DNA of 64,000 nucleotides from Lama glama (Eukaryota): NCBI GenBank assembly GCA_028534125.1, contig CM052832.1, forward strand, positions 20,276,001 to 20,340,000. The letters run 5' to 3'. Of the stretch, positions 24,501-37,285 are shown piece by piece (within the stretch, counting starts at the first letter, position 1; each line of letters opens with the position of its first letter). The position numbers were made by a program, and so were the translations under genes. The notes beneath the pieces were generated by a model, which worked only from the letters and a program-made list of their open reading frames with translations, was not told where the DNA came from and did not search any database.

Positions 24501-26174
24501 CAGATCGGTGGTATGGACCATTACCCAGGAGAATCTAAGATCCTCAAGCAGTTTTTGACATGACCTTTTGACATCACTTCCAGAGGCAATAGATGGAATT
24601 GACACAAGATAAGCTGCAAGATGTGGGTCTGTGTACAATGCCTGTGATGTGTGCTGGATGGAATGTGTGCGGTAGGGGCAATTTTGCAATTTGTGTGGGT
24701 GGGATATAGACAGTTTGCTTTACCAGTTAGCAAGAGCTCAGTTGCATTAGTCATGTCAAGTACCTTGTTCACCATGGATGCTTTCCTTACGAGGATACAC
24801 TGCATCGCAGAAATCTTGCTGCACAGTTTGTTACCTTCTTAGTGATCCCCAACTGGACTCAAGGGCAGTCAGTCTAGGAGCTGATGAGGAAACTGTGATG
24901 TGGCCTCACTCTCAAAATATGAGCTCAGGAGGTGAGATTCTCTTGAAGTAGGAAATTCTAGGGAAATGAGTCATTTAGCAGCAGGAACCAAAGTTAAATG
25001 TTATAGAAATCAGCTGAAAAGACAGTGATGGACTTAGCCAAAGTTATGAGGTAACAGAAACTATGAGTAAGCAGAGCAGTTAGGTGGAGAAAAAATACAA
25101 AGTAAAGGGTAAAGAAACCATCTTTTCATAGGACTTTGAAAGTAGGCATGTGGAGAGTATTTGTGTCGTATTGTTGGCACAGCAGGGTATACAGTAGAGA
25201 TCCCTAACTTACCGCTGCTGAGGGTTTTATGTCTTGTGCATCCAGGAATACCTTTCTTTTTGAGGCTCCTTTGGAAGTTGGCCATGTCATAGATCCTCTT
25301 TTACCAGAAGCTAGTTTTTTTTTTCCTTTTTTTTCTTTTTCCCTGTAAATGACAACTACTACCTAAGACAACAGAGCTGAGTTCAGTTGTTCAGAACTCA
25401 GTTTGTTGTCCTAGGCAGTAGCTTCTGGTAGCTATTATTTCATAGCTTTTCCAAGTTAAGAATTAGCAGTTCACCCTGGCATTCAGTTGGTGACACCTTG
25501 GGCATTTCTTTGAATGGTATGGGCATGTGACAATATTTAAAGAGGCATTCTCTGTTATCCGCTACTGTGAGTGTGTCTGAACATCAAAGAACAGAAAACT
25601 AGCCAAATTAGAATATTTTTAGCTACAGAAATAATAAAGAAATATGTCTTTTGCCTGAAATCAATCTTAGATACTGAATTGAAAGAGAAACCATTCTTAC
25701 ACAAATCTATTTTTGAAGAAACTGGAAAAATATTTGGATTGATCTTAATCTTTTCCTCAATTCCAGCTTCTCCACAGTAAATTAAATAATTAGGCAGGAT
25801 CATTCATCTATTTTGTCAAAACTAATGCAACTGATATCTTATTTTTCTTACTGCTTCAGATGAAATTTCTTAAATACCATTACACCATGTTAATAGTCAG
25901 TTCTTTGTTCGCCATGACTTTTCTCCTTTTACGAAGCTACACCCATGCCATTCTCTCCAAATATATATATATTTTTTTACATCTGGCAGTTAGCTGGTTG
26001 TCTATAAACATTTCTTCAGAGTTACTGTACCAATCACATCTAACCATCCTGGAATTTCATTCTGTTTTAGTTTGTGATTAACAGCAATCTAGTTTAAACA
26101 CGCCTAAGTTAGGACTTATAAATACATGGTGGTATAACTTTTGAAATGCCATTTATTACTATTTCCATTTCAGG

Positions 26175-26600
26175 TCTATTACTAAGAATTGTTTCTATTG
26201 CAATTGACAGAAACCCAGACACAAATGGGCAAAACAATAAAGGCAATGGTAGATCTGGATTTAGGCAGTTCGAATAGGCATCCATCCCTTACTCTGGAAT
26301 TTCTGGGTCTGTCCTCCAAATGTTGGCTTTCAATGCAGGTCAGATTTCTACATGGCAGTGAAAAGGATCCAGCAGTCAGAGTCCTGGCATCTGCTCATCT
26401 GACTGTCTGCTTGACCTAAACAAAAAAACTTTCCTTCCCCTAACTACTGCTGAAATCCTAGACCCTTGTTTGGCAACCAATTTAGGTCAAGTGTAAACGC
26501 CCAAAAGAATCATTCAAATGCTATTTTCTACCTAGTTCGGGCACGGATCCAGTTATTGTGAATATGGGATGGATTCAAGCTGAGTTGAGGAAGCTGATAA
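26175..26600 (-). mobile_element. Old MaLR LTR fragment (MLT1J/K-like)
   Basis: ttctattgcaattgacagaaacccagacacaaatgggcaaaacaataaagg...ggatttaggcagtt resembles old MLT1 termini. Confidence 0.45.
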
Positions 26601-26719
26601 CCCCTGGAGATGGAACAGGGGAGGATGATCTCAACTTAACTGCATGACTGGTACCCAGTGAGAGAGGAATAGCAGTGTGATGAAATGGCTACTTGTACAA
26701 TGTGTACTGTGACAGGTGA

Positions 26720-26882
26720 GGAGGGAACCAGAAGTGTGGAATCTGAGAATGTGGTTTAGATTTCTCCTCCCTCCACTGAAATTGTAAGACTCTGGGCAAG
26801 TCACTTCACATTTGTAAGACTATTTTTTCACTTGGAAACAAGAATAATACTAGTATCTGTCTTGAAAAGGAAGTGACAAATG
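26720..26882 (+). mobile_element. MIR SINE, 5' part (split by an LTR; 3' part at ~27799-27880)
   Basis: actctgggcaagtcacttcac...aagaataatactagtatctgtct; resumes as ttttgtaaactattatgtgctata after the LTR. Confidence 0.6.
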
Positions 26883-26887
26883 CCTGC

Positions 26888-27793
26888 TGTAAGAGGGAAT
26901 AACATTCCCTGTGCGATTCTCCTCTACCCTCACACTGTTACCCACTTGACTTCACTTCTGACACTGGGTATGTAGGTTTTCCACACATCAAGCCATTCTC
27001 TGTAACACCAGCTGGTTGTCCCATAATTCAGTTCAATTCTGACACTACTTCCTGGAGTTACCACCAGATCCCACAAGCTACATTTGCAGTCAGTCCCCTA
27101 CGACTGCTCCCACTGCAGATACCAGCTGCAAGTCCCAGGTTATGATCAGCTATAAAGCAGAGTGTCCATGACTCCTTCCTTGGAATCAGTAACTTGCCAG
27201 AATAGCTCAAAGAACTCAGGGAAACACTTATATTTACTGGTTGATAATAAAGGATATAACAAAGGATACAGATGAACACCTATATGAAGAGATACGTAGA
27301 GCATGATATGTGGGAAGGGAAGGGGAGCTTCCAGGCTCTCTCTGGGCACACCACTGCCCCCGCACCTCCACATGTTCACTAACCCGAAGCTCTGTGAACT
27401 CTATACTATTGAGATTTCTAGGAGCCCCCATCACTTAGCCATGGTAGATTACTCACTCAATCTCCAGCCCCTCTGCCCTTCCCTGAGGATGGAGGTTGGG
27501 GCTGAAAGTTTCAAGCTTCTAATCATGGCTTGGTCTTTCTGGTGACCAGCCCCTATTCTGAAGCCATTGAAGAGCCCATCAATGGTTGCCTCATTAGAAT
27601 AAAAGACACTCTTCTCACCCAGGAAATCCCAAGGATTTATGGGCTCTGGGACAGGAACCTGGCTCAAAGAACAAATGCCAGAACAAAAGATATTCCTGGT
27701 GTTCCTGTCACTTAGGAAATTACAAGGGTTTTAGGAGATCTGTGCTAGGAACTAGGGTCAGAGACCACTTTGTGCATTTTCTATTATTTCACA
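26888..27793 (-). mobile_element. MER21-like ERVL solo LTR with 5-bp TSD
   Basis: TG...CA termini; TSD cctgc at 26883-26887 and 27794-27798; reverse complement begins tgtgaaataatagaaaat...ggtctctgacccctagttcctagcacagatctcctaaaacccttg. Confidence 0.88.
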
Positions 27794-28004
27794 CCTGCCA
27801 AGTCATTTTGTAAACTATTATGTGCTATAAAAACTTGGCTAGTTTACTATGGCTGATGTTGTGGCTATTATTATTACTTAAATGAAGTTTTTTTTTAATT
27901 TAAAGGGATATAAATACACACATTTAATAAGAACACTGAAGCTTTAAGAATTTCTTCTAAGTGAATCACATTCTTGTGTAAACATTCAGTTTCACCAGGA
28001 CTTT

Positions 28005-28498
28005 CCAGTGTGTTTTGTAACAAAGTGCAGAAACTTATAATAGCAATTACAGAGATACAGACGATTCTGTAGTCAAAATATTTGGGAAATGTTAAATTAA
28101 AATTAAATTGGCTTCATTGCAGTAAGACTTTTTCAAGTCTTTAATACATAAGACTAAATGTGAATCTTTAGGAGGGAGTTATATTGCTGCAGAATTTGCC
28201 ATATAATTCCCCTGATAAGATCATTGAAGAGGGATGGAACATCTGAAAAACACTTTTCTATTGAGGTCATTTTACCCCCAAGGGGACATTTGGCAATGTT
28301 TGGAGACTTGTAATTGCCACAAATGGGTGTGTGCTGTTGTTATCCAGTGGGTAGAGCTTTGGGATGCTACTAAACTCTATACAATGCAGAGGACAGCCCT
28401 CTACAACAAATAATTATCCAGTCCAAAATGTCAGGAGTGCCACAATTGAGAAAGCCTTCCTTAGACTAAATTTGTGAAATTAACTTTGGTAAACACTG
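28005..28498. mobile_element. MER112-like hAT element interrupted by MER20
   Basis: ttctgtagtcaaaatatttgggaaatgtt...cttcattgcagtaagactttttcaagtctttaata...tgtgaatct; resumes as ctttggtaaacactg after 28458. Confidence 0.5.
28250..28458 (+). mobile_element. MER20 hAT MITE
   Basis: aggggacatttggcaatgtttggagac...cagtgggtagagctttgggatgctactaaac...acaatgcagaggacagccc...aattatccagtccaaaatgtca. Confidence 0.88.
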
Positions 28499-30499
28499 AT
28501 TTGTAAGGATGAGGATGGATTTTCTAATTCCAAAGAATGGTGTAATCATATAATTTTCAAATGGCTCACCATCAACTTGATCTTTATTCAATATGAGGAT
28601 ATATACCCTAGTAACATCTGTCTACCAAAACAGAACAAGGCTAAGTCTTATATCCAAAATATGCCTAACAGAGTTACTATAATAAAGTATATTTATTAAA
28701 GTAACTAAGAACTTTGTTACTATGGAAAAACCTTTACCTATTATTACACCTTTTTATTTGGAATTAGTCAAATTATACTTCTCAAATAGCAGCAACTGTG
28801 TACTAACAGCTTATAATTGAAAACCGCTCAGTCTTTTCCAAGTAACTTTTAGATCTGTGTTCTTATTCTTTTCAGCATTATCCTTGACATAAATTCATAC
28901 AGTGTGAAAACATGGTAGAATGGTTCATATAGAAAGTTCTCGTTAGTCTCATAAACTCCTATCTGATGAAGTTCTGTCAGTTGCTCTTGTTTCAGACTTT
29001 CGTCTGTAGTTAAACAAATATTACTTAGTGCTATATAATATTAAGAGTAAATACGTGATGTTAAAACAAAGTTTTCTAGGATTTAATCTATTAGATTAAA
29101 ATAATAAAAATGTAAGAACCAGAAAAGTTGCTTAAGTTCAGGGGAAATGAGTCAGAATTGAGACTTGTAGAAAACTCTGTGTGAGTGGATATCACTGCTC
29201 TTAAGATGTACTGACACTGTAATATTACAGTGAACTTGTGGTTACTCGGCCAGTCTGACTAACTTGTCCAGGAAATTTCTGCTTCAACACAGATATAAAC
29301 CCAAAGCTTTGAAGACAAACAAATAAACCACAGTACCAAAACAACAGCAGTGAAGTCCTATGACATATCAGCTTTTGTCTTCATCCTCCCAAAGTCAAAT
29401 CACATGGGGAAACTGAGGGAACGGAAAACTTTTACCCAAGAGGCACATGAAGCCTAAAGGACTTGACTGACTTTTAAATGTCAGAGTCAGGTCGAAAACA
29501 GCTCTGCTGATAATTAGCTACAGCTCTTTCCATAAATATATTGTCTTAATTATGGAGTTCCTTGAGCACAAGCCTGATCTAACTGGTGAAATTTTTAAGT
29601 AAGCTGTTCATCTTTACTGCCTCGCATTACAAAGTAGAAGGGTAAATTATATGTCAGATAAGATCATTAACTGCTCCCATTCCTTTTTTTCCCTCTCTCT
29701 TCTTTTTTTCCTAGGAGAATGACATGTTTATCAGTGAGAGTAGGTCAAGTGAGGTATTAGGAAGTAGTTTATTTACAGGGCACATCCCAGGACTGTAGTG
29801 GAAATTCCCCAACATTGTAATCTGGTAAGGCAAAGGTATCTGGCTCAGACTTATGTAATTTGCTGTATCCAGCTTTTGTTTGCAAACCTGAAAGGACAAC
29901 AGTGATGTAATGTTATTTTCCTCATCGAGAGTCTCACTTGACTTTCTAAAGTGTCTGTGGGTTGGTGAGCTCAGTCTCAGGACCAGGAGAGGAAAGCCCC
30001 GTCATTTGTATGAATTCAGCTGGTTCCTTAACTTACTTATAAAGATTATATATAGACAGAGAGAGAGAGCTCTCTATATATCTTTATATCTGTCTAGCCA
30101 TCCATCATCTTCAGTCCAAAAAAGGGAAGAAATGTAGGATAAATTTATTATAAAACAGCATGTCAGTTTCATTTTAATTGATATTTCAGTATGTTTTTCT
30201 CTAATATCTGGACATCTTTTGAGATGAATTTCTTCTAAATTTAAATCAATTGACCTAACTGGTAATCTGAAAAAGTCATGGTAAGTATGCTGTTTTTTCC
30301 CCTGCTTTCAGAATTTGGGGAAGCTCTCTAGTGTTTATATTATGACCACCTTCTCATAGAAATTTAGTCGAGTATTCATCATATTAAGGATCTGGCAAGA
30401 AGTCATGAATTGGACTTCTTCATGTTTGACTTTTTTGAAGAAGCAGTTTGGGATAATGGGAAAAGTTGGGACTGGACTCATACAATACAGGTCAAGATA

Positions 30500-30890
30500 A
30501 TCATTACAAGGCATTGTGACACATTATTTACATGTAATACTTATAGCAGTTAGATGAGTTAGATAACATTGCCATCTCCATTTTATTGACAAGAAAACTG
30601 AACCTGTTGACTCAAGGTTACGTATGTAGGAAGGGGTAGAGTTGGTATTCCAACCTAAGTCTGTGTGATTCCAGTTTGAACTTGGAACCACTAAGCTGAC
30701 CTGGGTTTATGCTTCAGTGTTGCCACTTTAATGGTACCGCTTTCACAAATTATACCATCTCTTTCAGCCTTTCCTTCCTCATTGGTAAGAAAGGATGTAA
30801 TAGTAACTATCTTACATGGTTATTTTAATGATAAAGTAAGATCATGTTGTGCAATCACCAGCATAGGGCATGTGTTTAATAAGTATTCAT
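30500..30890. mobile_element. Two adjacent MIR fragments in opposite orientations
   Basis: tctccattttattgacaagaaaactgaa (reverse core, ~30575-30602); ctttcagcctttccttcctcattggtaagaaaggatgtaatagtaactatctta (forward core, ~30760-30815). Confidence 0.55.
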
Positions 30891-30954
30891 TTCCTATTGC
30901 TTACAGCTCAATCAAAATAAGAAATTGGTATAGAAAACAATTAGCAGTTAATAG

Positions 30955-31313
30955 AGTGGTTCTCATCCTTGGCCGTACATTAGAATGTGCTGAAGGATTT
31001 TTAAACAGTACTAGTGCCTACCGAGAGAGACGTAAGAGTGGGGGTTCTAGGACACGGGTGATGGTCTATTTACCAGAATGGTGGTTACAGAGGTGTGTTC
31101 ATTTTATAATAATTCCTTATTCTGTACACTTATAGTAGCTGCATCCTTATGTATGTGTATTTTACTTCAATTAAAATGGATACTTAAAAATACTATTTTG
31201 CACATCTCACCCCTCAGAAATTCTGATTTAATATCTCAGTAGAGGAGTGTAAACATCAGTTTTATTTAAAAGCTTCTCAGGATAGATACATATGCAACCA
31301 GCATTGAGAACTT
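30955..31313 (-). mobile_element. MER5-family MITE split by an L1 3' end
   Basis: agtggttctcatccttggccgtacattagaat...; ...cccctcagaaattctgatttaat...atgcaaccagcattgagaac. Confidence 0.6.
31030..31185 (+). mobile_element. Old L1 (L1MC/ME-like) 3' terminus
   Basis: ggtggttacagaggtgtgttcattttataataatt...tgtacactta...tatgtatgtgtattttacttcaattaaaa. Confidence 0.7.
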
Positions 31314-33318
31314 TGTTAGAGTAGAACCAAACCTTAACAGATTTAAGAATCAAGGAAGACATGTTTTACAGCAAAAGAGGCAATACTTGCCAGATTCAGA
31401 AGTCAGAGAGCACAATAATTAGATATGAGTATATGAAACAAGTGTCTTTATCTTATGTAGGGATTCCCCCCAAATGGGAACTGCACTGTGCTAATAAAGA
31501 TCTATTAGTTGCCTCAAAAAGCACTTCAAATTCTTTTATCTTTCCTTCTTTTAAGAACATTTCTATTAACATCTGTTTTGCTAAACCATCCTGCTTTTGT
31601 TTGGAACATCTTTGTTCAGAAAACCGATGTAGTTTGAAAAGTGAGTTAAAATGTGTACTCCTCCCAAGTGCCCACATATGCAAATTAGTCAAATATCCCT
31701 CAATGTCCAGTTAATAAGGGACAAACCAAGTGACTACGCTTGCATTGTTTTCTTCTCCTCCCACCAGACATAATCATCTTTGTCTCTTATTATTGGACAT
31801 TGAGCTTTTAGACCATGCTAGTACCACTTGCTTCTCCCCCCTTACAGCGCACTTGCACGCACACACGTACATATATATCCTATATGTACTAGCATAGAAA
31901 ACCTTTGTATATAAATAAAAAAAGATTCACTGTGTATATACATATTCACAAGCTATATATTATAGACTTATAATATATATACATGCTATACTTTTATATA
32001 TATACTTACAGGTATATGTATTAATTCCTTTGTGAGTTTTTATCAGTGCTTTTATGGTGAAATTTTTAAGCTACCACTCATTTTGTTGGGACTTTTCAAA
32101 ACTGTCTAGTTAACAGTCTTATGAAATGAAATTTTAAGTATTTATTGTGTATATTTAAAGAACTCTGACTTGCTTTCATAGGCAAAAATGTCACTCTTCT
32201 TTTAACTGAATTGATTTTCTTGCTGGAAATAATCCTTTGTTCATCCCAGTCCAACTAATTAATAACCAAGAGGATTTACACATCTTTGTAATAGGAGGGC
32301 CATTTGTATCACTGACTGAGCCAGCATGGTTTAATGATTATGCACATAAACTGAGTTATCAGAAGAGTAAACTTGATGACTGACATATTTTTCAAAAGCA
32401 TAAACAACAGGTTTTGGGTATCCTCAAAAGATGCATATGCTTATAAATTATATTAGCTAATGGGAGAAAATGAGGAATAAGGAAGAAATTTCTAGTCTTA
32501 TGCTCAATTAACAAACCTACAGTATGAATATTGATTACATAACGCCTTCAGCTGACGGGCTTTTGGCATCCATAGACCTATTATACTTACAAAACTACTG
32601 GAAAAATTTGGGGTAAGAAAACATATAAAGGTAAAAGTAACTGAAAATATTGAAAAATAAAGATTATTCAGTATTAAACCATCTGCAGTATTAAAGGTTA
32701 GAAGTACAGATTCCGTTGAAGCTAGCATACTAACGTAAGATAATTCCAATTGGTTAAGTGTAATGTAGAAATACCATGGGATTATATGTCTCAGTTGTTA
32801 GAAAGAAAAAAAAAAGCATTAGGTTTTGGCATTTCTTAAATTTAATAATAACTGGTTTGCTGGGTAGAAAAATGAAAAAAAATCCTTTCTCTGGTTTAGC
32901 AGAGAAGGAGTGAGTATCTTTCAGGGAATGCCATTATGATTTTTATACATGTCTCTGGTTTGGCTTCATTCACAGATTGCACAGATACTACTTAAATAAG
33001 ACTTCAAGAGAGAACATGGAGTTTTGAAACTGGGGACTGGTCTCCAATATTGTGGTTGCCAGGTAATGGATTAACAAGCTGTCAGTGTGAAATTCATTCA
33101 GTTGTACTTATCACTCAGGAAGCAGGTGTTCTGTCACTCTCTGCTGGCTTACTAACTTTCACAGAAAGCTAGAGGCATCGCAGTGGCAGCGCCAAGTTTT
33201 ATTTCTGTGTAATAATATTCTGTTCATGATATTTGACCTCTTCTATCCAACACTTATATTACCTTACTGTGTCATAGGCATATTCATGTGTTTTAATTTT
33301 ATTTTTCAATACAACAGT

Positions 33319-33408
33319 GCTAATTTGAACCATATAAAGTTACCATTTTGTAGTTCCAAAATGATCAAATATTGACAATTTCACAATTTTATATGGTTCA
33401 ATCTGTTA
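33319..33408. mobile_element. MADE2-like mariner MITE
   Basis: Perfect 14-bp inverted repeats ttgaaccatataaa (33325-33338) and tttatatggttcaa (33388-33401); interior matches the recalled MADE2 consensus. Confidence 0.8.
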
Positions 33409-33476
33409 TTAATTTACTCCTAGGGTGAGCGAAGGGTCCTGGGAGAGTTTTATGGCAAGTAGTAAAGGAAAGAAGA

Positions 33477-33501
33477 TGTGTGTGAGTGTGCGTGTGTGTG
33501 T
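33477..33501. repeat. Imperfect (TG)n
   Basis: Direct reading. Confidence 0.85.
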
Positions 33502-33504
33502 TTA

Positions 33505-34095
33505 CCAGGTGGCTGCTATGTGCTGGGCCTTGTCCTATGAATCAGATATACAGCAAAGAGCCAGAGAAAGCCACTGACCTCATGAAATGTATGTGTCCCT
33601 ATGGAAGACAGAGTAAACAAAGATAATTCCAGATAAATGGAATAAAACAGTTTATTAAGTAAAAGGGATTATAGGAAGACAGGGTGTGAGAAGGGCAGCT
33701 ATTTTAGATAAGGAAGGTCTCCTTACATATGTTAGTTGAACAGAAGCCTAAAAGTAGACAATAAATTTTGCAAAGAACCCTGTTCTCTGTTAATGGATCA
33801 GCTAGTGCAAAGGCCCTGAGGCGGGAGGTGTTTGGTTTGGGAGACGAACAAGGAAGCCAGTGTGCCTGGGGCAGAGTAGGTGAACAGGACAGTGGTAACA
33901 GATGAGGTGAGAAAATTACAGGTCAAAAGAGAGATTGTGCAGGAATGTGAAAGAGAGAGGAACACAAGAAAAGTGGGTTATCTGCTTGGCTAAAAAAAAT
34001 TTTGTCAGTAATTCATGAAAGGAGGAAGTGATCACCTTTGTCAAATGCTTTTAGAGGTCAGATAACAGGTGAACTTAGAATTGACCACTGTATTA
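33505..34095 (-). mobile_element. L2 LINE fragment (continues ~35255-35420)
   Basis: ctatgtgctgggccttgtccta...cactgacctcatgaaatgtatg...agtgcaaaggccctgaggcggga...aaggaagccagtgtgcctggggcagagt. Confidence 0.75.
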
Positions 34096-34149
34096 GTTTT
34101 TGAATGGTAATCACATATTATAGAAGTTTATGAAGTAACTGTCCATGGA

Positions 34150-35250
34150 CTTTTTTTCCTTATTTCTAAAACAAGGTATAAGTAGAGTAAAATTCATCCT
34201 TTATAGTGTACATTTCTGTAAGTCTTGAGAAACAAATACAGTTGTGTTATTGCTACCATAATCATGACATAGAACTTTTCATCAGACCCCAAAGATCCCA
34301 GTGCCTCTTTGTAGTAAATGCCTCCCCCATCCCCAGCCACGCATCTGTTTTCTGCCCCTCTGCTCTTGCAGATGTGACCTGTATATGGAATTGCACAGGA
34401 TGTCGCTTTTTAAATCTCGGTGCTTTCCTTGAGCATAAAGCATTTGAGATTCATCAGGAATTTACAAGTATCAGTAGCTCCATCCCAGTTACTGCTGAGT
34501 AGTATTCCATTGTTTGCATAAATCACAGTTTGTTTATCCATCCCCTTCTTGAGTGTTGCTTTCAGTTTTTGAAGATTACAGATAAATCCACTGTAAATAC
34601 TCATGTAGATTTTCATTTCATTTGGGTAAGTAATTCGGAAGCGGAATGCTGGGGCCATATGGTAATTGCAAGTTTAATTCTTTAAAAAAAGAACCTAAAC
34701 TGTTTTGCAAAATGATTGAACCACTTTTCATCCCTACCAGCAATCTATGAGAGTTCTATTTGCTCCATAGTTTTTTCCTTTCTTTTAACTTTGACCATTC
34801 TACAAGGCAATCTATCACTGTAGTGTTTGCTTTCATTTCTCTAATGACTAATGATACAGAGCACTTTTCCAGGTACCTATCTGCCCTTCCTGTTATCCTC
34901 TTCGGTGAACTATCTGTTCAAATTGTTTGCCCATCTTTTAATCAGGTTGTTGGTTTCCTTATTATTGACTTATGAATGTTCTTTATGTATTCTGCATACC
35001 AGACTTTTATCAGATATGTGCTTTGCAAATATTTTCTCCCCGTCTGTGGCTTGTCTTTTCATTCCCTCAACAGTGTTTTCCAAAGAGCAGGAGTTTCTAA
35101 GTTTGATAAAGTCCAATAGATCTTTTTTTTCCCCCATGAATTAAGCTTTTCCTGTCATTTTAAAGAAAACTCTGCCTAACCCACGTTCACAAAAGTTTTC
35201 TCCTACTTCTTCTAGAAGTTTCATAGGTGCAGATTTTACATGTATGACTA
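34150..35250 (-). mobile_element. L1 (L1MC/MD-like) 3' UTR and ORF2 end
   Basis: gtaaaattcatcctttatagtgtacatttctg...gagtagtattccattgt...cagatatgtgctttgcaaatattttctcccc...tgcctaacccacgttcacaaaag. Confidence 0.88.
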
Positions 35251-37139
35251 TTAGATTTTGGAAGACGGAAGTCATCAGTGACTTTTACATGAGTGTTAAT
35301 TAATTTGAGCAAAGACCTAGGTGGAATAGCTTAAAGAAAATGAAAGAACAGAATTGAGACTGTCTTCAGAGGACTTCTGCTGCAAACGGTAGGTGGAAAT
35401 TGAGGTTTTAGCTGGAGAGAAATCTTATAGGTGGAGTATGGTGGCTGGTTATGTGTAGGTAAGCAAAACTCAGTGCATTGGCATGTATATCTATAAATTA
35501 AAATGGTACAAATTGAGACAAATCAGAGGACAGAAAATCCAATAAAACCTCACTCGGTAGCGGGTTGAAAGTTCCAGGCCAGAGAGTGGTTATTTAAGAT
35601 GAAAATAACAGGGTTTCTGGGGCAAGTAAGGATAAACTTCTATGCTTTCTGCATTAGAGCCAGTGAAGTGTTTGGCTTGGAAAAAATGAAAAGAGGTGGG
35701 AAAAGAATTTCAATTTGACCTTAAACTCAGCAACTTGTCTGATTGAATCTTTTTCCACGGATTGAGCAAGAGAGAATTAGGGAGTGGGGATGCCTTTTCC
35801 CTGGGCAGAACCTCTGAGGGTTTCACATTTCCTAGGGTCTCTTAAAAACTCCTTTAAACATAGTCTGTTTATAAAGTGACCTCAGTGGCTTTTGTACAAT
35901 CCCTATAGTCAGGGCATTTTCTCTGCCCAGCATCCCAGAAAGTAGGTGGTGAGTCAGGGGCAGAGATTACACACATACTGGGCAGGAAGAAGATCAAGCT
36001 GAAAGAAAGGCCTTTTCAGGTAGCCCTTTCCTTTAACTGTAAAATAATTCTTCAGGCTTTCCAAAAGAAAAGAAGAGCACGGTTAAGAAGTCATGGATTC
36101 CATGGTCGTCAAAATTCGTGTGTGGGATTTGATTTCTAGAACTAGATTAGACTCCATAAAACAATATGTTGGTTTTCTGAGAGCAGAGTTCTCAATCTTT
36201 TGTTCACAGCCGGTCAGATTTACACGGAGATGGGCCTCTACTGTAGCCACATAACTCAGTTACTGAGCCATCAAAAGGACACCAAGTTGTTCATGGTTGA
36301 TATATTTAAAGAATTAGGAGGAAAGTATTGTGCTTTCATGGTGGTTTTCATCCTTCTTTTGTTTGCTTGCTTGTCTTGTCATAAAACTAGTTGTTCCTTT
36401 CGAGCTATAAGTTGACCGATATATGACAACAAGGGCTAAAATGAAGTAAATATGAAATAATCTATTTCTTTTAAATACCCCATTAAGCATTACAGAGCAT
36501 ATTACAGAAACCTTTGATGGGCCAAATTATAAGTGAAAATACTATATAGAATGCATGTGCCATGATGGTCTTTGTGTGTGTCCATGGTCCACGTGTCAGC
36601 AAAGTACTATGAAAGGAATGGCTTTACTCTCAGACTAATGCAAATGGCTTTGCATTGCAATTTGATAAAATACAAATCCTAACCTTTAAAGTTTCTACCT
36701 TTCATTTATACCAGGAGCAATGAAAAAAATTAGGAATAAGAGCAGCATTTCTGTGACTTTTTAGTTCAATAATGTGAATATTACATTATGTCTAATTATA
36801 CATGAAATTAATAGCAATCTTGAGTAAATCAATGACACTCTTATTACTGTACGTAAATAATAGAGTATTTGTGATCCTTGGATAGAGAGAAGTTGAAAGT
36901 TTTCTAGTTCATCTCCTTCCTTTTAAAAGCTTATGGCCTTATTAGTGGGAATAGAACTGGACTCAGCTCAGTAGGAAGACATTAGAACCAGCCCATTTCT
37001 GCCAGTACAATTATTGGCACATTTTCTCAAATTCCAGTTTAGATCACAGTTACAGCTTATATCTTATATTTTTATTATTTGTGTATCAACATGTGCTCAG
37101 TAATTTGAATGAATTTTGTTTTCATTCATTGCCATACAA

Positions 37140-37285
37140 TGGATAAGCTTTTTAGCCATATTTTACAGATGGAGAAATAAGTAGAGAGAGAAAAAAATAA
37201 CTTTCCAAAGCTCACACATACATCATGTAAAGAAGTAATGTCTCAAACCCAAGTATTCTTGTGGGTGAGTTCTTAACCACTAAGC
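37140..37285 (-). mobile_element. MIR SINE fragment
   Basis: ccatattttacagatggagaaataag...aataactttccaaagctcacaca...ctcaaacccaagt. Confidence 0.65.

Noticed and set aside
25555..26081. ORFs including the hydrophobic, signal-peptide-like MKFLKYHYTMLIVSSLFAMTFLLL after an acceptor-like site
   Set aside because: T-rich composition explains the hydrophobicity; no homology recognised and no fitting donor
27058..27715. Six overlapping ORFs
   Set aside because: All lie inside the MER21-like LTR and show no gag/pol/env motifs
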